From a virus (taxonomy: Duplodnaviria > Caudoviricetes): a DNA stretch of 61,011 nucleotides. The notes under the pieces are model-generated. The model saw nothing but the letters and a program-made list of their open reading frames with translations. It was not told where the DNA came from and searched no databases. Both the position numbers and the translations under genes were made by a program. The stretch spans positions 1 to 61,011 of IMG/VR virus record IMGVR_UViG_3300025000_000107; one strand, given 5' to 3'. This document shows positions 18,772 to 29,006 of the stretch, in pieces. Each line of letters opens with the position of its first letter. Position 1 is the first letter of the stretch.

Positions 18772-21700
18772 ATGTCAGACTATAATTTTTCCCAACTGTT
18801 CGGAGATCCTATTAATGATTCCTACATGTACGAAGGTGGGGAAACCCCTTTCGCTGCAGAGCGTTGGGACATAACAGATATCGTAAGTTCCCTATGGAAA
18901 GGTACTGGTGAGACTGCTAGGTTGTTTGGTAGAGGATCTGGTTCTGAAACCCTAGAAGGTATCGGAACAAGCATATCTGAAAGTGATTTTGCTAAACCAG
19001 ACGAGAGCACCTACTTCGGTAGAGACTCTTACAAGAAAGAAATCCTTATGGGTGCAGCTGAGTCTGCGCCCCTCACTGCAGTCCTCGCTGGTGCTAGTAC
19101 TTTAGGTACTATGGCAGGAGGCCCTGTAGGGACTGTAGCTGGTCTTACAGCAGCAGGTTCGGTACTCTCTCGTGGTCTCTACCTTGATAACATGGATAGG
19201 TATTGGGAGCAGCATCCTGATGGTACTGATGAAGATGCTATCAAGTACTCTGCTATGCATGCTGGAGTTGAAGCACTTACTGAGGTTGGTGGCGCAGCTC
19301 TAGGGTTCGGTGCCTTGAAGCTTGGTGGACAGGTTGCTAAACCCTTCTTGATTAATGCTATTGAGAAGGGTGTTATATCTACCGCTGATGTACTGGATAC
19401 TGTAGCTGCTAAGGCTGGTGCGACTACATTCATGCAGAGGATGTTTGGTGCTACTCTACCTGAAGGTGGTGAAGAGGTTGTAGCATCTTACCTCCAGCAC
19501 AAGTTAGATACCTCATATGAAATGAAGACTGAAGCTCCAGACTACTTCAAGACTTTCTTGATTGGTGCTGTAGCTTCAGGTCCGTTTGCCATAGCTGGTG
19601 CTAAGATTACTAGTGACCAGCAGAACAAGATTCGTAATAACATCGAGACAGGCCTTCAGTCTGAAGATAAAGACCAGCGTCTCCATACAGTAAAGCAGGT
19701 CTATGATACTATCAAAGAGGTATCACCTGAGGCAGCTCTTAACTGGGACAACTATGCTAGTGTAGCTGCAGTTAATGGACCTCTCAGTCTTGATGGTACT
19801 GTAGACCCATCACTTGCTTGGAAGAAACATCTCCAGGAGTGGCAGGATTCTCGTAGGACTAAGGAAGAGTTGTATGAAGTAACAAGAGATCCTGCTGAGA
19901 TCCTTAAGGGATTTGAGATTCCTTTCGGTACTGCAGACATGCAGCCTGTAGCAACATCAGCTGATCCTTATGGTGCTGGTATTGCACCACCTACAGCTTC
20001 TAAGATTGATCAGCTCCTTGAAGAGAATAAGCAGAAGGCTATCAGCCCTACACTCTGGCAGGATTATCTCAAGTCTATCAAGGGTAAGAGTACTGTAGCT
20101 GAAGTAGTAAGACCTGAAGCAGATAAGACCGCACAGTGGAAGAAGCCTATCTATGACAACACAGCTAAACTTGCTGCAGTTGAAGAGGAGATTAAGGATG
20201 CAGACACTAACGAGCTTCCTGCTACAGAGATAGCTAAGCTTAAGGCAGACGAGGAAGAGACCTTCAAGGCTAGAAGGATCCAAGAACTTTCAGCTAAGAG
20301 AAAGGCTCAGCTCACGCCGTATGAGAAGCTTCGTCTTGAAGAACTGACAGGTAAAGAGAAACTTACCTTGAAGGAAAAGAAAGAGACTAAGACCCTCAAG
20401 GCTAAGGATAAGGCAGCTAAGGAGATAGTGGTTACAGAGGCTAAGGTTGAGCCTACAGCAGCTGTAGCAGCTGACGTGACTCCTACTACCACTGTAGCTA
20501 CTGTAGACGATACAGAGTACTCTAAGGACGATCTAGAGGGTATTGAAGTTGACATCCCTCTTGGTAAGAATAAGAAGACTGGTGAGATTAAGTGGAAGAA
20601 AGGTGTACCTGCACACGACGCTCTTGATGAAATCAGAAAGGCAGAAGAGAAGTGGCAAGCAGTTGTAGATACAGCCACTGATCCTAAGATAGTTGAAGGT
20701 GCTAAGAACAGACTGAAGCAGGAAGGGGTCCGTAAGGCTAAGATAGAAGAGCAGATCGGTAAGGTAGCTAAGACTGGTACTAAAGAAAGTCGTATCAGAG
20801 AGGCGATGATCGATCAGGCTGGTATCATTAATGACCCTGCTGTAGATGAGAAACTGAAAGAGAAGGCTCAGCTTGAGCTTGATAGGTTGGAGAAACTACT
20901 TCAGGTTGATAAGTCTGGGATTGCTAAAGGTGCTACTACTGGTGTTAATACTGCAGGAGAAAAGCAGGTAGTAGAGTATTCAGACAACGCTAGAGATTGG
21001 AAACCAGTTGATAAGAGCAACCCTAATGTTCTTGTTAATCAAAATAGTATCATCATTAAAAATAATGACAGCAATTGGTCAGTATTCCAGAGAGATGAAG
21101 ATGGTGGACTAGTACCTGTAGGTAGAGGTTTCAAAAGAAAGAGTCATGCTATAGCAGCTCTTAGAGCTGGACAGACTAAGGAAGAGTACTACGGTGCCAA
21201 TCCTGAGGAAGCTCCTAAACCTCTAACAGATGACCAGAAGAAGCTTGTAGGTAGTATCAAAGACGTAAGGAAGCTTATAGGTTCTCGTATTAATAAGATT
21301 ACAGATTTAAGAGGAGATCCCGAAGCAGATGGTATAGCAACTGAGGCTATCTTCGAAGCTGCTGGTAAGTTCAAAGAAGGTAAGGGAGCGTCCTTTACTA
21401 CGTTTGCTACCTCTGTTATTGATGCTAGGCTTAAGGAGTATAACGAGAACAGATACAAGTTCGAGACTCAGGGAGTAGAGAGTACTGAATCTACTACTGG
21501 AACTATAGAGTCTGCAACTCGTTCTGATGTGTACGAGACTCCAGCTACTGAGGTGCAGAAGCAAGAGAAAGAAGCACCACCTCCAGTTACAAAAGTTGAT
21601 GTATCTTCTCTTACTGAAGAGGAGAAAGCTAGGTATGGACAAGGTGGTGTAGTAAAGAAGAGGACTCTTGCTGAGCAGAAGGCTGAACTAGATGCTATGA

Positions 21701-24700
21701 GACAGGCTGAGAAGGCTGCTGATAATAAGGTAGATGAAGAGATCTCAGAAGAGCAGAAGAACTCTGAAGCTCAACAGGATGTTAAGGATAAGAAAGCTAA
21801 GGCTGAGGCTGAGACTAAGAAGAAAACCTTAGCAGAGAAAGAAGCTAAGAAGAAACTTGATGATGAAGCAGTTAAAGCTAAGAAGGCTGATGAGAAACTG
21901 AAGAAAGATCAAGCTGCTGCTAAGAAGGTTGTAGATAAGGATAGTGACTCCTATAAGAAAGCGCAGGAGATCAAGAAGCTTGAGCTACTTAAGAAGTCTC
22001 TCACCCCTACAGATCCTGCAGATCCTAAGTCAGCTAAGATGCAACCTCCTCCGGGTAAGACTCTGGAAGAGACCTTAGCTCGTATAGATAGAATGATTGA
22101 GGAGCTGAATGGTACTAAGACTGATGCATCTCCTGTTATCCTTAGGAGATCTAAAGCCAAAGAGGCTTTCGTAGACACTAAGAAAGAGCAAGTACTCTTG
22201 AGCACTGAGGCAGTTAATAAGGCTAGAGAGATCCTTGATCGAGTTAAGGGAAACAAAGCTGAAGCCTATAGGGTGATTGAGTCTATTAAGGAGGATGCCT
22301 TTAGGGAGAGTGTTAGAGCACAGGTAGAGGTTATGAACTATACGAACCTCTCTTCTATTATCAAACCATTTCTAAATAAAGACAAGTCCTCTCAAGAATA
22401 TAAGCTAGCTACTTGGATTAACAAGCTTATCCTTGACTCTGGTAAAAAGAATATCAATGTAATTGTAGATCCTACTGCAGCGTATGAGCAGTTCTCTCAT
22501 GCCGGCAGTGGTACTGTAATAGTCAAAGCTCTCAACACTACTACCGTAAACCTGCATGAAGTTATGCATGCTATCACAAGTAGGGAACTCGATAATAGCC
22601 CTGAGTTAAAGTTGAGGGTTCGTGCTTTGATGGACCTCGTAGAAAAGGCCGCCATTGAACGATCAGATATACAGATAGACAAGGCTATGCTTAAGAAGCT
22701 TCGTTCAATAGAGCCCACTTCAGCAGCCTTTAGGGAGGCATTTGATGTAGCTAACCTCGGAGATCATGGCGGTATCCTTTATGCCCTGCTCAATGAGAAA
22801 GAGTTCCTCGCTCAGGTGATGAACGATAAAGCCTTTCAAGATCTTTTGTTAAGTACTGAAGTACCTGTGAAGAGTGGGTTCATCAAGAACCTCTTTGATC
22901 ATGTAGTTGAGATCTTCCTCCAGATGTTTGGTAAGGGAAAGATACAACACAACGCTATGAAGGAAGCCCTGCAGTTGATGGCCGAACTCTCTAGAGTTAA
23001 CTTAGCTAAAGGCCCTGTGGTTTCTAATCAGGTAGATGGTCTACTGGTTGGTGAAAGGTCACAAGGTATCCATCTAGGCACCCTCCTCGATGCACAGTTT
23101 AGAGGTGCTAGGGGTGACAATATGGAAACCATCAGGAAGGGGACAGGTTGGTATAAGGATCCTATAGATGATAAGTGGAGGTTTGAGATCTCTGATCATG
23201 AAGCTGAGTGGCTTAATCCTTGGGAAACCTTAGAGACCTATGAGGATGGTACTGATGGTGAGTTTAAGTTATTCGATATCCTGATCCATGATAAACTCTT
23301 CGAGGCTTATCCTGAGTTGAGGAACATCATGGTCTATAAAGAAGACTTCGGAAGAAACAGTAACATTCTCGGAGAGTACAGGCCTTATAGTAGATCTATC
23401 GCTGTGAATAGTAGGAGCAACAGTGAAGAAGCTCTTAGTACTATCATGCATGAGATACAACATATTATCCAATTCAAGGAAGGATTTGCTAAGGGTGGTA
23501 ACACTGCTTCAGTTAGCGTAATCAATAGTCGTTCTGAGATTGAAGATCTCCTGATAGAACAAATCAATAGGAGATTAGATAGAGGATCTGATGCAGACAA
23601 CAGGGTTCTTCCAGAACTTCGTGAGAACTTAGCTGAGATCCGTAGTATCCATGAGTGGGCTGAAGAGAACGAAGACCTTCTTGAAGAACTCCGTGATATA
23701 GAGGATGAGTTAAAAAGGTTAGAGGTCGAGTATAATAAGGATGCTAAAAGAATTAGAGATAGGATTAAGATAAAAGAGGACAAGAGGTACAATACAGATC
23801 CTTTTGACAACTCAGCTGCGTGGGAAAAACTAGATAATGAAATCAAGTCTATGTATAAAAGTCTTGATAAGTTAGCTAAAGATTCTAGCAAAAGAGTTAC
23901 ACGCTTGGCTAGTAGAAAAGATGACATCTTAGATGAAGTAAACTATCCAACAATAAGTGATGACCTTAAATACCACGCCTATAGCCTTATAGCTGGTGAG
24001 GCTGAGTCTAGGGTTATTCAGAAGCGTATGAAGTGGCAAGAGCACCAGAGGAAAGAGTTCTCACCACTTGAGTCTCTTGATGTACCTGCAGAGGCTAGAA
24101 TCTTAGCACCTTCAGATCACTCAGTATCTATGTCATCTATGTCGAAGACGCCAGAGAAGACAGAGGCTGAGAGGGATAAGGTCTTAGAAGCTAACGATGT
24201 TAATGCAACTAAGATAGGAGCTATCAAGAACTTCTTTACTGACAGTATGAGTAAAGAGGTTAAGCGATTGGCTATGGGAATGACTGAGCATCTTCGAAGG
24301 ATAGACCCTCGTCTTCTCAACTATGTACGTAAGTTCGAGATGGCAATCATTAACTACAATGTAAAGTATCAGAGAATGGCTGATCCTTTCGTTAAGAAGT
24401 TTAAGAAGTTGAGTGATAAGGATAAGAGAATGTTGGGGCTTGTATTGCTTAACAACTTCCCTCAGGACATAGAGAAGAGGTTCGAGATCCTTAAGAGAAA
24501 CAATATGGTATCTGAGTATGAGAAGATAGTTGAGATACTCAAAGATATCCAGAAGCGTAAGAAGATGGTGTCTATAGGTGACTATAGTGAGATAGAGGGT
24601 TACTTTCCTAGAACTATTAAGGATCGTATGGGGTTGCTTCAGGCTATGAAGAAAGACCCAAACTATGGTGTAATAGATCAGGAACTCTCTGAAGCTGGAC

Positions 24701-26361
24701 TAGATGAAGCTGATAGAATCTCAGCGATAGAGAAACTTCTCCACACTGGCAGATACCCTGCACTTGCATTACTGAAGCCAGGGTCTAGTAAGAAGAGGAG
24801 AATCGAAAGGGTGTCATCTGAATGGGCACACTTCTACGAGAACCCTATTGACAGCTTACTCAGTCACATCTATGAAAACAACGAGGCTATCGAAGCTCGG
24901 AACATGTTCGGTGATACTAGGCGTAAAGGCTTAGCTCAGAAACGAGATGAGATGATGAAGGAGCTGGAAGCTGATAAGCTTTCTGCTGGTAAGAGGAAGG
25001 CTATCATAGGCAGGATTGTAGCTATCGAGAAAGACCTTGATGTATACAATGATAAGGATGGAAAGGAAGGTGCATGGAACGAGGGTATAGCTGACCTGCT
25101 GTCTAGAGTAAACGCAGAATATCAGAAGGATCCCAAGAATGCCTTCAGGTACACTGAGAATCAACAGATGGAGATCATCGCACTCATACGTGCGCGTCTC
25201 ACCCAAAGAGGTATGAGCGGTGCTTGGCAGACCTTGAGGAACGTATCCCTCATGACAGCACTTGGTAATCCCACATCTGCTATAACTCAGTTGTCAGACT
25301 TTGCAATGTCAGTACATACCAATGGTCTGATGAATACAGTAAGCAGTATGTTCGGTGATCAGATAATCACTACTAAAGATCTTGATCTATCTCATAGCCT
25401 GAGAGAGTTCCAGTCCAGTAGTAGTGCAGCTGTACTTGATAAGGTTCTTCACTTCTCAGGTTTGAAGTATATGGATCTGAAAGCTAAGAACACATTCATG
25501 AATGCAGCAATGAAGAAAGCTAAGTCCCAAACCTTTGAGCAGTTCGACAAACAGTGGGGTAGTACTCTAGCTGGAGATACTAAACAAACTTATGAGGAGT
25601 TGAAGGAAGGAAAGAATTCTGATAGGACTAGGTTCTTCGCTTTCAATGCTCTCTCTGAGTTCCAGCCAGTGTCACTGTCAGAGATGCCTGTTGGTTATCT
25701 TACAGCAGGTAACGGAAGGTTATTCTATGCACTGAAGAGTTACAATATTAAGATGATAAACGTCTATGCTCGTAAGCTGTTCTATGGTATGAGTACTGCT
25801 AAGAATAAGACGGAGAAGGCAGCAGCTATTAAAGACGCTATGTCTCTCCTCATCTTGATGACCCTTGCAGGTGCTGGAGCAGATGAGTTGAAAGATCTTA
25901 TCATGAATAGGGATGTAGAGTTCAGTGATAACGTTCATAACAACATACTCAAAGCTTTCTTCATGAACTCTTATATGTTGGAGCAGGGTAGTAAGAAGGG
26001 TATTATTAAGCAGATGCTTACTGATACTATTCTTCCACCCACAAGAGCTGGTGATGATGCCCTTAAGGATCTTACTAACCTCTTGGATATGGATCCAGAT
26101 ACTGAGGCAACTATGAAGTTCCTCAAGAGTGTACCTTGGGGTGGTATAGTGTATGCATGGACTAGTGAAGATGCAGACAAAGTGAACTATACTAATATGA
26201 AAGAGGGTATCTCCAAGGATATTAAATCTGGGGATTCTATCAGTGATGTAAGAAGTAGAATGCTGAAGTACAATCAGTGGGCTAGAGGTGCAGGAGAAAC
26301 CCTGATCACTTACTCTTCTATTAAGAAGATGAGAAATAAAAAGAAGGATCAGAAGAAGTAA
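18772..26361 (+). CDS. large polyvalent virion/ejection protein (two HExxH metallopeptidase-like motifs, LPD23-like domain, sigma region-2-like segment)
   Basis: 2529 aa; LHEVMHA and MHEIQHIIQ; TGWYKDPIDDKWRFEISD...LFEAYPEL...EGFAKGGN...AGEAESR is characteristic of LPD23. Confidence 0.75.
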   Translation: MSDYNFSQLFGDPINDSYMYEGGETPFAAERWDITDIVSSLWKGTGETARLFGRGSGSETLEGIGTSISESDFAKPDESTYFGRDSYKKEILMGAAESAPLTAVLAGASTLGTMAGGPVGTVAGLTAAGSVLSRGLYLDNMDRYWEQHPDGTDEDAIKYSAMHAGVEALTEVGGAALGFGALKLGGQVAKPFLINAIEKGVISTADVLDTVAAKAGATTFMQRMFGATLPEGGEEVVASYLQHKLDTSYEMKTEAPDYFKTFLIGAVASGPFAIAGAKITSDQQNKIRNNIETGLQSEDKDQRLHTVKQVYDTIKEVSPEAALNWDNYASVAAVNGPLSLDGTVDPSLAWKKHLQEWQDSRRTKEELYEVTRDPAEILKGFEIPFGTADMQPVATSADPYGAGIAPPTASKIDQLLEENKQKAISPTLWQDYLKSIKGKSTVAEVVRPEADKTAQWKKPIYDNTAKLAAVEEEIKDADTNELPATEIAKLKADEEETFKARRIQELSAKRKAQLTPYEKLRLEELTGKEKLTLKEKKETKTLKAKDKAAKEIVVTEAKVEPTAAVAADVTPTTTVATVDDTEYSKDDLEGIEVDIPLGKNKKTGEIKWKKGVPAHDALDEIRKAEEKWQAVVDTATDPKIVEGAKNRLKQEGVRKAKIEEQIGKVAKTGTKESRIREAMIDQAGIINDPAVDEKLKEKAQLELDRLEKLLQVDKSGIAKGATTGVNTAGEKQVVEYSDNARDWKPVDKSNPNVLVNQNSIIIKNNDSNWSVFQRDEDGGLVPVGRGFKRKSHAIAALRAGQTKEEYYGANPEEAPKPLTDDQKKLVGSIKDVRKLIGSRINKITDLRGDPEADGIATEAIFEAAGKFKEGKGASFTTFATSVIDARLKEYNENRYKFETQGVESTESTTGTIESATRSDVYETPATEVQKQEKEAPPPVTKVDVSSLTEEEKARYGQGGVVKKRTLAEQKAELDAMRQAEKAADNKVDEEISEEQKNSEAQQDVKDKKAKAEAETKKKTLAEKEAKKKLDDEAVKAKKADEKLKKDQAAAKKVVDKDSDSYKKAQEIKKLELLKKSLTPTDPADPKSAKMQPPPGKTLEETLARIDRMIEELNGTKTDASPVILRRSKAKEAFVDTKKEQVLLSTEAVNKAREILDRVKGNKAEAYRVIESIKEDAFRESVRAQVEVMNYTNLSSIIKPFLNKDKSSQEYKLATWINKLILDSGKKNINVIVDPTAAYEQFSHAGSGTVIVKALNTTTVNLHEVMHAITSRELDNSPELKLRVRALMDLVEKAAIERSDIQIDKAMLKKLRSIEPTSAAFREAFDVANLGDHGGILYALLNEKEFLAQVMNDKAFQDLLLSTEVPVKSGFIKNLFDHVVEIFLQMFGKGKIQHNAMKEALQLMAELSRVNLAKGPVVSNQVDGLLVGERSQGIHLGTLLDAQFRGARGDNMETIRKGTGWYKDPIDDKWRFEISDHEAEWLNPWETLETYEDGTDGEFKLFDILIHDKLFEAYPELRNIMVYKEDFGRNSNILGEYRPYSRSIAVNSRSNSEEALSTIMHEIQHIIQFKEGFAKGGNTASVSVINSRSEIEDLLIEQINRRLDRGSDADNRVLPELRENLAEIRSIHEWAEENEDLLEELRDIEDELKRLEVEYNKDAKRIRDRIKIKEDKRYNTDPFDNSAAWEKLDNEIKSMYKSLDKLAKDSSKRVTRLASRKDDILDEVNYPTISDDLKYHAYSLIAGEAESRVIQKRMKWQEHQRKEFSPLESLDVPAEARILAPSDHSVSMSSMSKTPEKTEAERDKVLEANDVNATKIGAIKNFFTDSMSKEVKRLAMGMTEHLRRIDPRLLNYVRKFEMAIINYNVKYQRMADPFVKKFKKLSDKDKRMLGLVLLNNFPQDIEKRFEILKRNNMVSEYEKIVEILKDIQKRKKMVSIGDYSEIEGYFPRTIKDRMGLLQAMKKDPNYGVIDQELSEAGLDEADRISAIEKLLHTGRYPALALLKPGSSKKRRIERVSSEWAHFYENPIDSLLSHIYENNEAIEARNMFGDTRRKGLAQKRDEMMKELEADKLSAGKRKAIIGRIVAIEKDLDVYNDKDGKEGAWNEGIADLLSRVNAEYQKDPKNAFRYTENQQMEIIALIRARLTQRGMSGAWQTLRNVSLMTALGNPTSAITQLSDFAMSVHTNGLMNTVSSMFGDQIITTKDLDLSHSLREFQSSSSAAVLDKVLHFSGLKYMDLKAKNTFMNAAMKKAKSQTFEQFDKQWGSTLAGDTKQTYEELKEGKNSDRTRFFAFNALSEFQPVSLSEMPVGYLTAGNGRLFYALKSYNIKMINVYARKLFYGMSTAKNKTEKAAAIKDAMSLLILMTLAGAGADELKDLIMNRDVEFSDNVHNNILKAFFMNSYMLEQGSKKGIIKQMLTDTILPPTRAGDDALKDLTNLLDMDPDTEATMKFLKSVPWGGIVYAWTSEDADKVNYTNMKEGISKDIKSGDSISDVRSRMLKYNQWARGAGETLITYSSIKKMRNKKKDQKK

Positions 26362-26371
26362 CACTATATAG
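26362..26371 (+). promoter_or_regulatory. CACTATATAG motif ahead of second late gene block
   Basis: Exact motif immediately after giant gene stop. Confidence 0.55.
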
Positions 26372-26535
26372 ACCTATAGGTATTAGAAGAACTATCAGAT
26401 GCTGATAGGTGATACTAGTACCTATAGGACTTATAGACCTACAGTCCATTATTTTTATTCTTATATACATCTTATATAAGAACTATTAGCACCTATAGAG
26501 CTATTAACCCTGTAGGGCTAATAGGTGCTATACGG
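26371..26535. repeat. degenerate ~9-bp period (C/T)TATAG-type short-repeat tract
   Basis: gacctatag, cctataggac, ttatagacc, cacctatag, ctaataggtg etc. in non-coding DNA. Confidence 0.5.
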
Positions 26536-26552
26536 AGATAAATTATTTGTAA

Positions 26553-26891
26553 TTGAAAGGAAATTACCTAATGTCCGATTGTACATCTAAAGATTGTGAA
26601 GCTCACCTGTTTATGGTTGAGACTGTAAAAGAAATCAAATCTATGAACCTAGAGCTTATGAGAAGTCAACAGGTTTTAGAGAACTCAATAATCAAGTTGA
26701 CTGAAAACCTTAACGAGTTACATAGGATGAATCAAAGAATAGATACAATAATGGAGAAACAGGATATCAAGGAGGCAGCTCAAGATTTAGAGATAGCTAA
26801 TCAGAAGGCATTTATGAATAAGGCTTTAGGTGCTATAGCTATAGCAACCTTTATAATCCCAATTGTTGTAACTCTTATAATAGGAAACTAA
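26553..26891 (+). CDS. coiled-coil protein with C-terminal TM helix
   Basis: Coiled coil then ALGAIAIATFIIPIVVTLII; likely start at MSDC. Confidence 0.55.
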   Translation: MKGNYLMSDCTSKDCEAHLFMVETVKEIKSMNLELMRSQQVLENSIIKLTENLNELHRMNQRIDTIMEKQDIKEAAQDLEIANQKAFMNKALGAIAIATFIIPIVVTLIIGN

Positions 26892-27194
26892 ATGAACTAT
26901 ACGTATATGGACGTTGTTCTTGGTGTTGGTGGTACATCTCCCGAAATTCATGTGACTGGATATTGTGATCTTGTTATTCAGGGATTAACCTCAGGGGTTG
27001 TTAAGTTACAGTATCTTCTTAATAAGACTGCAGCCCTACCAGCACCTGCATGGACTGATTTTCCTGACGGATCTTTTAGTGCTAACACTTTTCAGACTAT
27101 ATTCATGTCAGCTATTGGTGTATACTTTAGGTTGGTTGGTGTAGCTAATAATGCTGGTGTATATGTAAAGGTAGCTAGAGGGCGGGATGAGTAA
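26892..27194 (+). CDS. hypothetical beta-rich structural protein
   Basis: Coupled ORF with RBS. Confidence 0.55.
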   Translation: MNYTYMDVVLGVGGTSPEIHVTGYCDLVIQGLTSGVVKLQYLLNKTAALPAPAWTDFPDGSFSANTFQTIFMSAIGVYFRLVGVANNAGVYVKVARGRDE

Positions 27195-28497
27195 GATATA
27201 TGGTAAGACATCTGGTAAGGTGTTCCCTAATATATACGGTGTTGATAGTAGTAACAAAGGTTCTATGACTCCTTCAGGTCTTATATCTATGTGGAATGCT
27301 AGGACACCTACAAGGTCAGCCGTAGGCCCCCAGATAGTAACCTCAGCAGCAGGCACCGTCCCGGACGAGAATGGCAACTTGGTAGCATTCCCATACAACA
27401 CTCCCAATAAGGGAGTGATGGTTCATCCTGCCTTCACAAAACTTGGCAACAACTCAGTATTTGCTGGAGCGGTTGCAGGCTCTCCGGGTACGACTCCGAC
27501 AGGCTGGACATATACAGTTGTTGATTCCCCGACGATGGCTGTAACGGATATTGAGGGTGAGAATAAACTGACCTTCAGCGGTACAGCATCAAGGGGATAT
27601 CTCAGTCTATCGCAAGCAGTCGCAGCTTTGGCGGTCTATACCTTCGATGTGATGGTCACGACTGACGGAGTGCTGCGGTATGCCGACCTTGAGTATTGTT
27701 CGCTGACTGGCGGAACCATCGTTGTAATGAAGGATGGAGTTGTCATTGCTGACGAGACTGCCGTTCCTGCTGCTGGCACGTTCAAATTGTCCGTAAAGGT
27801 CACGGCTGGCGCGGTTGGCGATACGGCCATATTCAGGTTTGGTCTTGGTGCATCTGCTGTAGCAACCGGCACTGTCTCGGTATGGCAACCTCAACTTGTC
27901 CTCGGTGCATATTCTCTGCCGTATGTCAGGAGTACGACAGGTTCTGTGTCGGTTGTATCAACCGCAGCGACCTCGGGCGGGAATGGCATGGCTATCCCGC
28001 TGAATGCGGCGATGACTGCTGCGCTCAGTGCTGGCGCGGCGTTTACTATGTGCGCCCTTACGTGGATGGGTGTAGCAAATACAGAGCTTGGAGTGGGGGT
28101 AGCGGTGCCAATTGTTTACGCAAATCATAGCGCTGGTGGGCTTTATGCACAGAATATCGGGGGCAGTTATAAAATAGTTGGCACATTCGATGGCTCTTCA
28201 ACTCCGCAATTAGTTGCAACATGGTCCAGAGGAGAAATCCACCTCCGAGTGGTCCAAACCAACGTAGCCAAAACTCACTTCAGGGCAGGCTGTCGTCGCT
28301 ACAGTTCGGCAATGGTTGCCATAGATGCAAACATCGTCTGGGGTACATGGGCAGCCTACGATGGCAGCATGAACCCCTTGACGCACCTCCGCTTCGGCTA
28401 TGGACTCACTGTGCCTATAGGCTTCCGGCAGGTGCAATTTTGGGGCAAGTCATGTTCTGATGCGGAGATATTGAAGGTTGTGGGGTATGAGATATGA
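27187..28497 (+). CDS. putative receptor-binding / carbohydrate-binding virion protein
   Basis: Beta-rich; WQPQLVLGAYSLPYVRST resembles fibre-associated motif; atypical GC-rich codons. Confidence 0.5.
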   Translation: MSKIYGKTSGKVFPNIYGVDSSNKGSMTPSGLISMWNARTPTRSAVGPQIVTSAAGTVPDENGNLVAFPYNTPNKGVMVHPAFTKLGNNSVFAGAVAGSPGTTPTGWTYTVVDSPTMAVTDIEGENKLTFSGTASRGYLSLSQAVAALAVYTFDVMVTTDGVLRYADLEYCSLTGGTIVVMKDGVVIADETAVPAAGTFKLSVKVTAGAVGDTAIFRFGLGASAVATGTVSVWQPQLVLGAYSLPYVRSTTGSVSVVSTAATSGGNGMAIPLNAAMTAALSAGAAFTMCALTWMGVANTELGVGVAVPIVYANHSAGGLYAQNIGGSYKIVGTFDGSSTPQLVATWSRGEIHLRVVQTNVAKTHFRAGCRRYSSAMVAIDANIVWGTWAAYDGSMNPLTHLRFGYGLTVPIGFRQVQFWGKSCSDAEILKVVGYEI

Positions 28498-29006
28498 AAC
28501 TAGATAGAGGACAGCACCTCACAGGATACTATGTCACTGATCCAGCTACTCAAAGGAAACTCTACGGGAAGACTTGGGAGAACTCATTCCCCTGTGGGAC
28601 ATATGTAGCTGCTGACAGCACAGTCAAGGCTATAACATTCATCATGTTCTTGGCTAACGACCCTGCAATAGATGATGTAGATCATGCAGAGTCCTTTGAT
28701 CTAAACCTTGAAGCAGAGGCAGCACTTGCAGCCAACCAGGTCTACCTTGACCTGATGGCTGATAAGCTGCCAAACCTGTCGGTACTGAAGGAGAAGATCA
28801 AGGCAGAGATCGAGGCAGAGATTGCAGAAGGAAAGGAGAAGCCAGAGATTGCCAAAGATAAGAAGAAGTCCTTGGTTGGAGAGTATCTTGGTGCAACTCT
28901 GGCGAATGTGATTGCTGACTGGCCTATAGTCTGGCAGCCCACTACAGATGCTGAAACAGGTACAGAAGTCCCTAATATAATGAGGTGTTCACTTGAAGAT
29001 TCTTAA
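28494..29006 (+). CDS. hypothetical protein
   Basis: ATGA overlap. Confidence 0.55.
   Translation: MKLDRGQHLTGYYVTDPATQRKLYGKTWENSFPCGTYVAADSTVKAITFIMFLANDPAIDDVDHAESFDLNLEAEAALAANQVYLDLMADKLPNLSVLKEKIKAEIEAEIAEGKEKPEIAKDKKKSLVGEYLGATLANVIADWPIVWQPTTDAETGTEVPNIMRCSLEDS

Noticed and set aside
18772-26361. N4-like virion RNA polymerase
   Set aside because: No single-subunit RNAP catalytic motifs were recognised; the content fits a polyvalent ejection protein.
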